From the NCBI GenBank assembly GCA_965262715.1, contig OZ253553.1, forward strand, positions 2,048,001 to 2,112,000: 64,000 nt of DNA, in the 5' to 3' direction. Below are positions 19,039 through 30,442 of the stretch, piece after piece. A program made the position numbers and the translations under genes. Each line of letters begins with the position of its first letter. Positions within the stretch are counted from its first letter, which is position 1. The DNA is from Bdellovibrionales bacterium (GTDB lineage: Bacteria > Bdellovibrionota > Bdellovibrionia > Bdellovibrionales > JAUICD01). A model generated the notes under the pieces. The model was given only the letters and a program-made list of their open reading frames with translations, was not told the DNA's origin and did no database searches.

Positions 19039-22000
19039 CTAAGATGTGATCTGCATGGCAGTCCATATAACATCAGGTCTTTTGAAAAGGTCGTAAAGAT
19101 CATCCATCCATCTTTTTGTTGGCTCAATTTGATACGGTAGTGAAAAATTCACAATATATCCTTTAGAAAGGTAAACCTGTAGATTTAAATGGACATGACC
19201 TGGATATTTTTTAAAAATTGATTTTAATCTTTCTAATTTATTACATTCAGATTCTTTAAGAAAAAGACAAATTTCCTTTGTAGATTTCATTCTATTCTCT
19301 AATAATTCAACTTGATCTACTAATATCCTCGAAGACTCTCCTGTCTTCTCTAAAATTCCTGTCATAATATAGATTTCATCTTCTAAAACCTTCATCTTGG
19401 AATAGTTATCTGGAAAGATAATTAATTCCAGCTCATCCATTAAATCCTCTAAGGTAATAAAAGCCATCAAAGTTCCTTTTTTTGTCACACGCTCTCTCAC
19501 ATGAGTGACAAGACCTGCTACTGTAACCCTCTGTTTATTTACATGTTCAGATAACTGACCAATATTGCAGGTAGTGAACTTATCTAATAAATACTGAATG
19601 GAGTTAAGAGGATGATCACTTAAAAAAAAGCCTAAAACCTCTTTTTCTCTTTTTAAACATTCTTGCTGATTCCAAGGCTCTGTATCAGGTAATACAAAAT
19701 CTGATTGATCAGATGTTTTAAATAAGCTGATTTGTCCTATCTCTTGGTCTCTGCGGTCCTCTTCAGATAAACGGATAATCTTTTCATAAGAACGCCACAT
19801 CTGTGACCTTGAAGCCCCTAAGTTGTCTAAAGCCCCTGCCTGTATAAAACATTCAATAGTTTTTTTATTTAGAACTCTAGAGTCTACACGACTAAAAAAA
19901 TCTTTAATATCTTTAAATGGCTTTTTAGATCTAGCTGAAATAATATGTTCCACCACTCCTTTACCTACACCTTTAATAGCCCCTAAACCAAAAAAGATGC
20001 TCTCCTTTTTAATAGAAAATTCATACTCTGAAAAATTCACATGTGGTGGTTTTAAATCAAGAGCTTTTGATTTAACATCTCTCACATATTTAACTAACTT
20101 TTTAGGATAAGGCATCTCAACACTTAGTAGCGCTGTATAAAACTCATGAGGGTAATGAAACTTCAACCAGGCTGTCTGAGCCGCTATCACACAATAAGCT
20201 GCCGCATGGGATTTATTAAAACCATATTCTGCAAACTTGGCCATAAGTAAAAAAAGCTCTTCTGCTTTTTTAGAATTATATCCGTTCACCTCAACAGCAC
20301 CTTTTAAAAAACGAGCTTTTTGTTGAGCCATCTCTTCAGACTTCTTTTTTCCCATAGCTCGTCTTAAAATATCAGCCTCACCTAAAGAATAATTAGCCAT
20401 CCTAGCAGCAATCAATTGCACCTGTTCTTGATAAACAATAATACCGTATGTCTCTTTCAAAATAGGCTCTAATTCTTTAAAGAGGTAATTTATCTTTGAA
20501 CGTCCATGCTTTCTATTAATGAACTCATCCAACATCTGCATAGGACCTGGTCTATATAGAGCATTGATTGCTGTGATGTCTTCAAAAGATTTTGGATTAA
20601 ACTTACAGATCAAGTTTGTAATACCTGTACTCTCAAATTGAAATATTCCAGATGTATCTCCACCACTCATCAACTCATAAATACCTTTATCAGAAAGTGA
20701 AATCTCACTTATCGAAATATTTTTTTGCCTATTACTTGAAATGAGCTTTACTGTTTTATCAATATGAGTGAGAGTTCTTAAGCCTAAAAAGTCAAATTTG
20801 ATAAGCCCAATTTTTTCAGCAGATTTCATATCAAACTGTATGACGTTTTCCCCTTCTTTACCCCTGTAAAGAGGCGCTAATTGGACAAGAGGTTGATCCG
20901 AAATAACAACGCCAGCAGCATGAATACTAGCATGTCGATTAAGCCCTTCTATCTTTCTAGCAAGTTCCAAAACTTGCATAGCTTTAGGGTCATTTTCTAT
21001 AAGTTCTTGAAGTCTTGGCTCTTGTACTATCGCTGCACCCAGTGTGATGCCAAGAGTGTCAGGAATCAACTTAGCAATAACATCCACCTCTGCAAATGTC
21101 ATCCCTAAAACACGACCAACATCTCTTACAGCAGCTCTTGCTTGAAGTCTTCCAAAAGTGATAATCTGTGAAACAGAGGCTTTACCATATTTCTGAGTAA
21201 CATACTCTATGACTTCTTGTCTGCGATATTGACAAAAATCAATATCAAAATCAGGCATAGAGATACGCTCTGGATTTAAAAATCTTTCAAAAATCAAATT
21301 GTACTTCACAGGATTTAAATCTGTAATCATTAAGCTATAAGCTACAAGACTACCTGCTCCTGAACCTCTACCTGGACCTACAGGAATTTTCTTTGTTTTA
21401 GCCCATTTAATGAAATCTTGAACAATTAAAAAGTAACCCGAAAAACCCATAGAATGAATGATCTCTAATTCATGATTTAATCGAGCATAGTATTTATCTT
21501 TATTTGAAATAGTATCAGAGTTTTTTGAAAAACGAGCTTCCAACCCTTGCTTTGCTTGAAAAGTAATTTCTTCTAAAAGACTTCTTCCTTCCTTAGTCGG
21601 ATAACTAGGAAGATGATATATAGGTTGTCCCTTTTTATCTTCCAATTGAAATTCTATTTCACATCTATTTGCAACCTCTAATGTATTAGAAATAGCTTCA
21701 GGAATATCTGTAAATAATTTTTGCATTTCTTCTGAAGATTTAAAATAATACTCATTTGCAACCGCTTTATCATTTGAAACTTCATGAAGAATCGTATTAG
21801 TTCTGATACAATCTAAAACATCCCTGGCAATTGCATCTTCCTTATGTGTAAAGTGTATATCATTTGTAGCTACTACAGGCACTTCTAGCTCCTTAGATGC
21901 TTGTAATAAAAATTTATTAACTTTATCCCATTGAGAGTTTTGAGTTAAGTTTGGCCTTTGTATTTCTAAAAAAAGATTATCTTTATATATCTCTTTGAGA

Positions 22001-22482
22001 TTACGAATTTCTGCAAGCGCAATATCATTGCCTTGATCGATAAACTTAAGAGGAACAATACCTTTCAATCCTCCAGTCAAACAAATTAAATCTTCAGAAA
22101 ACTCTTTAAGAACTTCCATATCAATACGAGGACGGTAATAGAAACCTTCTTGTTGTCCCTTAGTGTTGATTTGACAAAGTTGTTGGTAACCTTTAAAGTT
22201 TTTTGCAAGAAGTACTATTTGTCTGTCAGATGTTTTATGGAATGTTTTTTCTCCTTTAACGAATCTATCCTCTGTAACAAAAACTTCTATCCCTAAAATG
22301 GGCTGAATACCTTTTTTCTTACAAGCAAGATAACTCTCTACTGCGCCAAACATATTGCCATAATCTGTAAAAGCAATGGCAGGCATCTTATACTTAACTG
22401 CAAGATCAACAAGTTCTTCGACCTTGCAAGTTGCCTCTAGAAGGGAATATTGGGTATGTGTATGAAGATGTACAAAACTCAT
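19039..22482 (-). CDS. dnaE: DNA polymerase III alpha subunit
   Basis: PHP domain (FVHLHTHTQYSLL), GPGRGSGAGSL, FERFLNPERISMPDFDIDF, YGFNKSH. Start placed at MSFVHL (the ORF track uses TTG 22515). Confidence 0.98.
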   Translation of the reverse strand: MSFVHLHTHTQYSLLEATCKVEELVDLAVKYKMPAIAFTDYGNMFGAVESYLACKKKGIQPILGIEVFVTEDRFVKGEKTFHKTSDRQIVLLAKNFKGYQQLCQINTKGQQEGFYYRPRIDMEVLKEFSEDLICLTGGLKGIVPLKFIDQGNDIALAEIRNLKEIYKDNLFLEIQRPNLTQNSQWDKVNKFLLQASKELEVPVVATNDIHFTHKEDAIARDVLDCIRTNTILHEVSNDKAVANEYYFKSSEEMQKLFTDIPEAISNTLEVANRCEIEFQLEDKKGQPIYHLPSYPTKEGRSLLEEITFQAKQGLEARFSKNSDTISNKDKYYARLNHELEIIHSMGFSGYFLIVQDFIKWAKTKKIPVGPGRGSGAGSLVAYSLMITDLNPVKYNLIFERFLNPERISMPDFDIDFCQYRRQEVIEYVTQKYGKASVSQIITFGRLQARAAVRDVGRVLGMTFAEVDVIAKLIPDTLGITLGAAIVQEPRLQELIENDPKAMQVLELARKIEGLNRHASIHAAGVVISDQPLVQLAPLYRGKEGENVIQFDMKSAEKIGLIKFDFLGLRTLTHIDKTVKLISSNRQKNISISEISLSDKGIYELMSGGDTSGIFQFESTGITNLICKFNPKSFEDITAINALYRPGPMQMLDEFINRKHGRSKINYLFKELEPILKETYGIIVYQEQVQLIAARMANYSLGEADILRRAMGKKKSEEMAQQKARFLKGAVEVNGYNSKKAEELFLLMAKFAEYGFNKSHAAAYCVIAAQTAWLKFHYPHEFYTALLSVEMPYPKKLVKYVRDVKSKALDLKPPHVNFSEYEFSIKKESIFFGLGAIKGVGKGVVEHIISARSKKPFKDIKDFFSRVDSRVLNKKTIECFIQAGALDNLGASRSQMWRSYEKIIRLSEEDRRDQEIGQISLFKTSDQSDFVLPDTEPWNQQECLKREKEVLGFFLSDHPLNSIQYLLDKFTTCNIGQLSEHVNKQRVTVAGLVTHVRERVTKKGTLMAFITLEDLMDELELIIFPDNYSKMKVLEDEIYIMTGILEKTGESSRILVDQVELLENRMKSTKEICLFLKESECNKLERLKSIFKKYPGHVHLNLQVYLSKGYIVNFSLPYQIEPTKRWMDDLYDLFKRPDVIWTAMQITS

Positions 22483-22800
22483 TTTAATAAGCCTTTGTTT
22501 ATTGCTTTTACTCAAAGCGTTAAAATCACGCCTACCTTAACACAAAATGGCTTTAAGACAAGTAGAGACCTATAATTTTTCTTGATTATCCAGGACATAG
22601 CCCATAGGAACCCGGGAGCCGTGACATGGAAAAACTATAAATTACAGTTCAAAATAAGATCCCAGCTCCCCGATACAGATTGCCGGAAAAACAAAGAGTT
22701 CGATTAAATAATCTATCTACTTTGAGTTTAAATACTATGTAAAATTTACAAAACATTCATTTTTCCTTTTATTTCTCTGCTGCTTTATGATACAACTACT

Positions 22801-22865
22801 TAAAAAATGGTCAGAGACTCGCATCGACTCGCATCGAGTAAGACCATGTGTATTTTTAATGAAAC
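22801..22865 (+). repeat. Family A 3' fragment
   Basis: AAAAATGGTCAGAGAC...AGACCA...TATTTTTAATGAAAC with an internal GACTCGCATC duplication. Confidence 0.6.
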
Positions 22866-22879
22866 GAAAGGAGTTTGTT

Positions 22880-23192
22880 ATGAAAAAATATTTATTAAGT
22901 GGATTTTTTATTTTTATGTTTGCCTTTATATGTCAACTTGAAGTATCTCAAGCACAACCTATGTAATGTACCTATATTATCTATCGATGGAGACTGTGGT
23001 TATATTGATTTCGATAGTCCAAAGAAGGATATTATATTGGATTCCATAAGCATTTTATGTCAGTCTGGTTCATTTAGCCTCATAAAACTAGAAGGCAATG
23101 ATGCCATAATAATTTATGCATGCTCTGGTTCATTTGGGGGAAATCTGTACTCTGTTCTAGACGCAGGTAGAATCAGGAAACAAGATAAATAG
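22880..23192 (+). pseudogene. Small secreted protein, apparently frameshifted after its signal peptide
   Basis: AAAGGAG RBS then MKKYLLSGFFIFMFAFICQLEVSQAQPM*; a Cys-containing body (CNVPILSIDGDCG...) continues in another frame. Confidence 0.5.
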
Positions 23193-23253
23193 AAAATTGT
23201 GTGATTGATTTTTTTAAATTTTAATACAACCTTTTAAGCTGCCTTGTTCCTTA

Positions 23254-24831
23254 CTATTCCCACTCAATAGTTCCAGGTGGCTTACTGGTGATGTCATAAA
23301 CCACTCGATTGATCTGTCTAACGCTATTGGTGATCTTTGTAGACATTTTCTTCAAAAAATGAGTCTCAAAATCAAACCAGTCCGCTGTCATACCATCTAC
23401 TGAATGAACAGCTCTTAAAGCCAAACAGTATCCATAAGATCTGCTATCTCCTTGAACTCCTACCGTCTTTACCGGCAGCAGAACACAAAAAGATTGCCAA
23501 ATTTGATCATATAATCCTTCCTCTTTAAGAGCATTAATGAAAATAGCATCTGCTTCTTGTAAAATAGCAATTTTTTCTGCTGTGATTTCTCCTAAAATCC
23601 TAACAGCTAATCCTGGCCCAGGAAAAGGATGCCTCCATAAAGCCTCATCAGGAATTTGCAGGTGTTTTCCTATTTGTCTAACTTCATCTTTAAAAAACTC
23701 TCTAAGTGGTTCTAAAACCTTTAAGTGCATTTTTTCTGGCAATCCCCCTACATTGTGATGTGTTTTAATAGTGATCTTTTGATTTGAAAACTTAGAAGAA
23801 GAGCTTTCGATCACATCTGGATAAATTGTACCCTGAGCTAACCACTTTATATCTTTGTTTTGCTTTCTAAAATTATCAAAAACATCAATAAATGTTTTTC
23901 CTATTATCTTTCTTTTTGTTTCTGGACAAGTCACCCCTTTCAAAGCTGACAAAAACTTATCACTAGCATCTAAGCCCTCTACATTAAGACCTAAGTTTTT
24001 ATAAATATTCAGCACTTCTTTATATTCATCTTTTCTAAGCAGTCCATTATCAACAAAAACACATCGAACACACTGAGAATCAAGTGTGCGAGTTAAGAGT
24101 GTGGCCAAGACAGTAGAATCCACACCTCCACTTAAAGCGCAAAGGACCTTTTCCTTAGGTTTTACACGAGCCTTAACATATTCTATAGATCTTTCACAAA
24201 AATCCTCTGTTTTCCACTGCTTTGAAAGACCCACCATTTTAAATAAAAAATACTCTAAATATTTTTGGCCGTTATCTGTATGAATCACTTCTGGATGGAA
24301 CTGCAATCCAAGAGATCGGCCATCTGAAATAGCTGCTATTACACCCTGCTGACTTTCTGCTAGAATGATAAAGCTATCAGGCAGTTTGACCACATCGTCA
24401 CTATGACTCATCCACACATGACTTTCTGGAGAAAAATAAGAAGACATGGATGAAAGAGAAAGCTTTTTTTCAGATAGAGCAAAGGGTCCCCAAAGTATTT
24501 TTTGACGGCCGTATTCTCCCTGAGAGGAAGGACAAACACGGCCACCTAAAAAATGAGCCATTAATTGCATCCCATAGCAAATACCTAACAAAGGCGCGAC
24601 CTGATGAATCTCTTTTATATCTTCCCTGAGAGGTGCATTTTTCTGATGCACAGAGCTAGGACCTCCACTCAATATAATAGTAGATGGAGCATATTTTTTG
24701 ATATCAGATAGAGGTAGATCATAGGGATGAATCTCTGCATACACATTTAACTCTCGAATTCTACGGGTAATCAGCTGAGTGTATTGAGAACCAAAGTCTA
24801 AAACTAAAACCTTATTTTGAGTTGCTTCCAT
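23254..24831 (-). CDS. guaA: GMP synthase (glutamine-hydrolysing)
   Basis: LDFGSQYTQLI, GICYGMQ, QFHPEV, ALSGGVDS, HHNVGGLP and YDITSKPPGTIEWE motifs. Confidence 0.98.
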   Translation of the reverse strand: MEATQNKVLVLDFGSQYTQLITRRIRELNVYAEIHPYDLPLSDIKKYAPSTIILSGGPSSVHQKNAPLREDIKEIHQVAPLLGICYGMQLMAHFLGGRVCPSSQGEYGRQKILWGPFALSEKKLSLSSMSSYFSPESHVWMSHSDDVVKLPDSFIILAESQQGVIAAISDGRSLGLQFHPEVIHTDNGQKYLEYFLFKMVGLSKQWKTEDFCERSIEYVKARVKPKEKVLCALSGGVDSTVLATLLTRTLDSQCVRCVFVDNGLLRKDEYKEVLNIYKNLGLNVEGLDASDKFLSALKGVTCPETKRKIIGKTFIDVFDNFRKQNKDIKWLAQGTIYPDVIESSSSKFSNQKITIKTHHNVGGLPEKMHLKVLEPLREFFKDEVRQIGKHLQIPDEALWRHPFPGPGLAVRILGEITAEKIAILQEADAIFINALKEEGLYDQIWQSFCVLLPVKTVGVQGDSRSYGYCLALRAVHSVDGMTADWFDFETHFLKKMSTKITNSVRQINRVVYDITSKPPGTIEWE

Positions 24832-25011
24832 AGTGCTTATCTTTTTGCTTTTTAGAAAGTCAGTTAAAAACGACTTGCTATTGTTACAAGGATTTTACCT
24901 CATACCATTATAGATACTTTTAAGCTAATAAGCTTTTAAAGAACAAAAGTCTATGACATTTTTGATTTACTATTTTTAAAATAGTATTGACGAGAAATTC
25001 AAAGATAGTAT

Positions 25012-25539
25012 TTAAAAGGTATTTCTTTTTTTGACACCTATAATTTGACCATCTCTTATCACCATTTCAAAACCTGCTTTTTTAGCTCTCTTCTGATAAG
25101 ATTTGATCAATTCTCTTTTATGCGCTTCTTCTTCTTGCTGCATTAAGGCCAGTCTTCTTGCTTCTAACTCCATATTATTGATATGAGCATCAATTCGATT
25201 TGTAAGACTCTGGCGGTTTCTAGTTTTTAAATTTTCGTTGTTATCACCTTGTTGATCAGTATCTAATTGATCAGAATGAAGCCTAGGAGAAGAAATTTCA
25301 ATAAGCTCCATTTCCTTTGCAATAGACTTAGCTCTTAATTTTTGAAGTTGCACTTTTCGAGTGAGTTGATCAAGGTGATCATTAATTCTTTGATCAGCAT
25401 GATTTTCATGTAAATCATTTGAGTCTTTGGGTACAGAAACAATAGAGGTATCCTCATTGAACACCTCTATATAAAACATACTCATGGCTCCAATTAACAG
25501 AAAGAGTACACCTTTTTTTATTTTCTGCATAACTATCAC
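25012..25539 (-). CDS. Hypothetical membrane-anchored coiled-coil protein
   Basis: N-terminal transmembrane segment and a charged helical body. Confidence 0.65.
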   Translation of the reverse strand: MIVMQKIKKGVLFLLIGAMSMFYIEVFNEDTSIVSVPKDSNDLHENHADQRINDHLDQLTRKVQLQKLRAKSIAKEMELIEISSPRLHSDQLDTDQQGDNNENLKTRNRQSLTNRIDAHINNMELEARRLALMQQEEEAHKRELIKSYQKRAKKAGFEMVIRDGQIIGVKKRNTF

Positions 25540-25594
25540 AAACCTTTATAAATACTATTTACTTTAACCTAAAATCACTATGCCTTCACAAAAT

Positions 25595-26779
25595 TTATTC
25601 ATTCTCACTTACATAATATTCATACTCAACTGTTATTGTTGTTTCATTTGCTGGTTTTTCATCAAATATATAAGTATTTGAACTTGCATCAAATGTTCCT
25701 GATTGTTCATTCTCTGCAGGTGTAAAAGTCAATGTAATACTATCTTCAATCACGTTATTATACCTAAAAGGGATACTACTGAGAGTTAAACTTGCTTCTA
25801 AATGACTTCCAATATCTATCAGAATACCACTATAATCACCTTCACAGATATCATACGTCTTAGCTGAGAGCTCATCAATAAATTCTCCATAAATCGGAGA
25901 TGCTGTCTGAGATTGGTTTATCTCTTGATTAATACACTCTTGATCATCTTCTTGTACAATAATACCATAAGAAACAAATCGCTTATCAGTGCCAAAAGCG
26001 TCGCTTACAGCTTGAAGCACTTCCGATGGGGTAGTAGGATATACTTCATAAGGTTGTCCTTCTTCGTCATGTCCAGTTTTAGGCTGACCATCTGAAAGTT
26101 CATCTTCATTAGAAAGAATAATTGTCACCAAAGTAGCTGAGTCTCTAAAAAACCCACTGTTTTCACTATTACGTTTATCAATAGCATTTGCGATATTTCT
26201 TAGAGGTACTTCTACACCAGAATCTTCAGCCGGGTTTCCTTTTTCGTCTACTCTTGCACCCTTACCTCCACGGTTAATTGTATTTGAAAAGACCTCTTGC
26301 AAATAATCAGAGTCATCTGACAGATCTGCAGTTAAAATACTAACTTTCTCTCCATCAACCTCAATCTCTCCATCTTCATTTTCTAGATAATAAAAAGTGC
26401 CATGATACCCATCATCTGCCACTACAGGGAAGCTATCATCAGCATTTATAAAGACCATCTGCCAATCAATTAGCAGTTCACTCGTTGATAAACCAGCAAC
26501 TAAGTTACCAAAACTTTCTGCTAATTTTTGTTGATGATGATTCATCGAATTCGAAGTATCTAAAACTATTACTATATCCAATTGTGGCACAGCCAGAGAT
26601 TGTGTAACGTCAAAACTATCTTCTCCAACATTTTCTGTTACTACTATCTCACTTTTTTCGCTTGATAGATTAGAATTAGTAAGACTCACATTCTTACAAC
26701 CTTCTCCAATTGTTAAAAGAACTATAAAACAAACAAATGTAAAGAAATACCTAGTGATTTTTTTCATGACCCCTCCCAA
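25595..26779 (-). CDS. Acidic vWA-domain lipoprotein
   Basis: Lipobox-like GEGC after a hydrophobic stretch; MIDAS motif DIVIVLDTSNSM; IILSNEDE. Confidence 0.8.
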   Translation of the reverse strand: MGGVMKKITRYFFTFVCFIVLLTIGEGCKNVSLTNSNLSSEKSEIVVTENVGEDSFDVTQSLAVPQLDIVIVLDTSNSMNHHQQKLAESFGNLVAGLSTSELLIDWQMVFINADDSFPVVADDGYHGTFYYLENEDGEIEVDGEKVSILTADLSDDSDYLQEVFSNTINRGGKGARVDEKGNPAEDSGVEVPLRNIANAIDKRNSENSGFFRDSATLVTIILSNEDELSDGQPKTGHDEEGQPYEVYPTTPSEVLQAVSDAFGTDKRFVSYGIIVQEDDQECINQEINQSQTASPIYGEFIDELSAKTYDICEGDYSGILIDIGSHLEASLTLSSIPFRYNNVIEDSITLTFTPAENEQSGTFDASSNTYIFDEKPANETTITVEYEYYVSENE

Positions 26780-26954
26780 TAATTATTCCCTAGAAATATA
26801 AAGCAGCAAATTAGACACCAACTTGAAAATTATCTTTTTAAACATTATTTATTTTTTTCTAAGCTTTATTTTTCTCAAAGTGAGAGAAAATGCTGATCTT
26901 TAAAGGCTTTCTTCGGTGTATAATTACTGATCAAATGTTGAAAATTGTTTCACT

Positions 26955-27690
26955 GTTTCACTAAAATGCATCTCGCCTCTGGCCACTTTCTGGCAATGAC
27001 CCTGATGGTCTTACGCCATCAGCAAATAGGTCATTGCCTAGAAAACTTGATGCATTTTAGTAAGGAGACTACCCGCGCTCTTTAACAAAATGTTAAGGGA
27101 ATCGTTTATACCTAAAAATGTATCTCGCCTCTGGCCACTTTCTGGCGATAACCCTGATGACTCCATCAGAAAATGCTTATCGCCTAGAAAACTTGATCCA
27201 TTTTAGTAAGGAGACTCCCTTCGTTCTTTAACAAAATGTTAAGGAAATCGTTTATTATCTCACCGTCTATATCTTCTCCCTCTTACAAATCACCCAAATC
27301 TTTATAGACTAGCAAGAGAGTTGATGTTTTAAGCTAAAGACGAGATCTTCCGCAGAGTCATCGCTCTTTAGCGATGACTCGAGGACTTCGAGGATTAGCT
27401 TAAAACATCAAGTCAAAGATTTTTTCCTTTGTTTTTCTAAAAAACAATATCTCCCTTCACTCTGGCCACTTTCTGGCAGTAAGCTCGACGACTCTCGTCG
27501 TCGTAAAAAGCTGACTGCCTAGAAAGCTTGGGACATTTTTAGTAAGGAGAATATCCTTTATAATAAGCTAAGAGTTGATGTTTTAAGCCAAAGGCGAGAT
27601 CTTCCGCAGAAAAATTGCCATCAGCAATTTCTCGAGGACTTCGAGGCTTGGATTAAAATATCAAATCATTGCCTCAAAGATTTTTTCTTG
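26955..27690 (-). repeat. Mosaic cluster: family A 26955-27101, 27111-27247, 27437-27558 (partial); family B 27321-27411, 27575-27664
   Basis: Family B consensus: TTGATGTTTTAAGC..AAG.CGAGATCTTCCGCAGA-[hairpin]-CTCGAGGACTTCGAGG...TTAAAA(C/T)ATCAA. Confidence 0.9.
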
Positions 27691-27844
27691 TTTTTCTAAA
27701 ATTAATTTTTTGCTTGCTTAACAAACAGATTGATATTTTTTTTCAGAAATCCGACATACCAAAAATCAGCGGCCGGAAATAGTTGCCAGGCTGCCGGAAA
27801 AATATGAAGATCCTTTTCATTTCTTTATATCATATTAAGGTATT

Positions 27845-30373
27845 TTATCTTCTACGTCTTGAAGGAGCAGGAGGATAAGCACCACCACGGTTATTACCAC
27901 GGTAGTTGTTGCCACGGTAGTTGTTACCACGGTAAGAATTGACATTACCTCTTCTTCCGCCCCTAGGTACACCTGGCCGTCTACCACCAGTGCCATAGCC
28001 ACCACCGCCGTAGAGACCTCCACCATATTGAACTTGGTGCATTTTTTGTACAAGCTGTTGAATTTCCATTTGTAAGGAAAAGACTGTTTGTTGTCTAGCC
28101 ATTTGGGAAGACTGAAAATCTCTTTGCATATCCATCATACGTTGATAATGTTCCATACCCAAACCGCCACCGCCGCCGAATGGGCCGCCGAAGCCACCGC
28201 CTCCAAATGGGCCACCAAAACCGCCACCGCCGAAGCCACCGCCTCCAAATGGGCCGCCAAAACCGCCGCCACCGCCGAAGCCACCGCCTCCAAATGGGCC
28301 GCCAAAACCGCCGCCACCGCCGAAGCCGCCGCCTCCAAATGGGCCACCGAAACCTCCACCGCCGCCAAAACCGCCGCCACCGCCGAAGCCGCCGCCTCCA
28401 AATGGGCCGCCAAAACCGCCGCCACCGCCGAATGGACTACCCCCAAAAGGGCTAAAGCCACCATAACCTGGCATCATAATATTGCCATGAACGCCACCAT
28501 AGAGTGGGCTAAAGCCACCACCAAAAGGCATTCCAAAGGCTCCATGCATACCACCGCCACCACCATAGCCGTAAGGCATGCCGCCAACGCCATAAGGGTT
28601 CATCATACCCTGAGGGCCCATACCATACATGCCACCAAAGCCAGGACCACCTGCACCACAGCCAAAGCCTGCTCCTGAGAACATAGATCCATAAAGGACA
28701 CCAGCTGTCAGTGGAAAGCCATATCTAGGTGAAGGAGGAGGTGATTGACTGATCATTCGGGCAAATGCAGAGGCTTTCCTATGTGATCTATGGGTAAAGT
28801 ACATACCAAGGCCATCAAGAACACCAGAAATAGCCATTTTACCCCAGAAGCCTTTACCAAATTGTTGTTGATTGCAAGTAGCGCAATAACCATCTTCTCC
28901 TGGATTTTCTCTATATCCTCTCCCTCGTCTTCCTCTTCCTCTTCTTGCATCTCTTATTCTTTCTTCTTCATCTTCTTCTCTTTCTTCAGCTCTATTGAAA
29001 TCGTATTGACATTTGTTTAACTCTCTTTTTAATCTTTTATATCGCTTAAGCCTGTTTTCACATCTGCCTCTTCTAGCAAATCGGCTACCTCCTACTAAGA
29101 GACTGGCTCCGTTTCTAACTCCTTGTCTCAGTGCTCCGCATATTCTTTCTACAGTCATATTCACACATAGTTTTCCACCTACATCTATACCTACAACATT
29201 GATGCCACCTCCCTCACAAGATGGAGTACAGCAAAAGTTGTAGATATTATTAACATTCGTGGTATTGTTGGTAACACTGCTATTGTCAATAATCGCTGGT
29301 GTTGGTTCTGCTGGAGGTGTTGGTGGATCTGCTGGAGGAGGAGGAGGAGGAGGTGGTGGTGGAGGAGGAGGTGGTGGTGGAGGAGGAGGAGGAGGAGGAG
29401 GAGGAGGAGGTGGTGGTGGAGGAGGAGGTGGTGGTGGAGGAGGAGGAGGAGGAGGAGGAGGTGGTGGTGGAGGAGGAGGTGGTGGTGGTGGAGGAGGAGG
29501 AGGAGGAGGTGGTGGTGGAGGAGGAGGTGGTGGTGGTGGAGGAGGTGTACAATGATTATCCTGCAGACACCGCGTACACGGAGTTCCAGCCATCAAACAG
29601 TCATCGTGACATAGCTCCTGAGTACAAGCTGCATGAGGATGGGCGTGATTAGGTCCCCCACCTGTATCATCTGCTTGAGCGGATGAAGGAAATAACAGAG
29701 AAGCTAAGACAGGAAATATTCTATCAATACTACTACTCTCTTCTAACTTACAACATATCCGCTGATTATCACCTTCACTGTCGTTGTTACCACGATACTG
29801 ATTGAAGCTTCCTCTTCTTCCACCTCTAGACCCAGCTCCTCCATATCTTCTAGGCCGCCTATTACCGCTGCCACTATCTCCAACTTCGAGAAGATCCATA
29901 AGAGATTTAGGGTCTTCTGGCACCTGACCTTGTGGACAACCCACATCTTTTCCATTCACCATTGTCCCTGATTCTTGCATAGCAAATAATGAGTCGTCTA
30001 AACCATTTTCAAGCCCGTCATTGATCTCCTCTAGTACCTCTTCTAAATCTTCTTCTATCTCTTCACATTCTTCTCCTATATCATCTAAGGAAGGACGATC
30101 GCGATGACTAGGACACTGACTGGCCCCCATAGAAACACCACCAGCATGGTAGGGACGATATTGTCCCCATACTTTTTCAGATGGGATTGAAAATAAAAAT
30201 AAAAATAAAAGACTTAACAAGATTGTTTGAAATCGGGCAATCAGGCACGCTTGCAAACTGACATTTAAAGTTTGACTAAGTCCCTGTCTGCCAGATTGCC
30301 GGATTGCCGAATTACCTGCTTGCCAGAAGAAAACGTTAGAAAGTAAAACAGTTATTTTTGTAAAAAAATACAT
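27845..30373 (-). CDS. Large secreted low-complexity protein with a 71-residue polyproline tract and GGPFGGGGF repeats
   Basis: Signal-like hydrophobic segment, Cys-rich modules, CCT/CCA run at 29333-29545, Gly/Phe repeats at about 28160-28450. Confidence 0.8.
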   Translation of the reverse strand: MYFFTKITVLLSNVFFWQAGNSAIRQSGRQGLSQTLNVSLQACLIARFQTILLSLLFLFLFSIPSEKVWGQYRPYHAGGVSMGASQCPSHRDRPSLDDIGEECEEIEEDLEEVLEEINDGLENGLDDSLFAMQESGTMVNGKDVGCPQGQVPEDPKSLMDLLEVGDSGSGNRRPRRYGGAGSRGGRRGSFNQYRGNNDSEGDNQRICCKLEESSSIDRIFPVLASLLFPSSAQADDTGGGPNHAHPHAACTQELCHDDCLMAGTPCTRCLQDNHCTPPPPPPPPPPPPPPPPPPPPPPPPPPPPPPPPPPPPPPPPPPPPPPPPPPPPPPPPPPPPPPPPPPPPPPPADPPTPPAEPTPAIIDNSSVTNNTTNVNNIYNFCCTPSCEGGGINVVGIDVGGKLCVNMTVERICGALRQGVRNGASLLVGGSRFARRGRCENRLKRYKRLKRELNKCQYDFNRAEEREEDEEERIRDARRGRGRRGRGYRENPGEDGYCATCNQQQFGKGFWGKMAISGVLDGLGMYFTHRSHRKASAFARMISQSPPPSPRYGFPLTAGVLYGSMFSGAGFGCGAGGPGFGGMYGMGPQGMMNPYGVGGMPYGYGGGGGMHGAFGMPFGGGFSPLYGGVHGNIMMPGYGGFSPFGGSPFGGGGGFGGPFGGGGFGGGGGFGGGGGFGGPFGGGGFGGGGGFGGPFGGGGFGGGGGFGGPFGGGGFGGGGFGGPFGGGGFGGPFGGGGGLGMEHYQRMMDMQRDFQSSQMARQQTVFSLQMEIQQLVQKMHQVQYGGGLYGGGGYGTGGRRPGVPRGGRRGNVNSYRGNNYRGNNYRGNNRGGAYPPAPSRRRR

Positions 30374-30415
30374 ATAAAACCTAGTATGATATATGTTTAC
30401 ATATCTTCAGATTCT

Positions 30416-30442
30416 CTATCGTCATTGAGATGTTATTTCTTA
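30416..30442 (-). promoter_or_regulatory. Sigma28 (FliA)-type promoter TAAG-N15-GACGATAG
   Basis: Matches the TAAA-N15-GCCGATAA consensus and spacing, about 40 bp upstream of 30373. Confidence 0.65.

Noticed and set aside
28088..29652. Alternative-frame ORFs over the Gly and Pro repeats (poly-G, poly-E/V, TAATAE repeats)
   Set aside because: Stop-free by-products of low-complexity codon repeats in the 842-aa gene.
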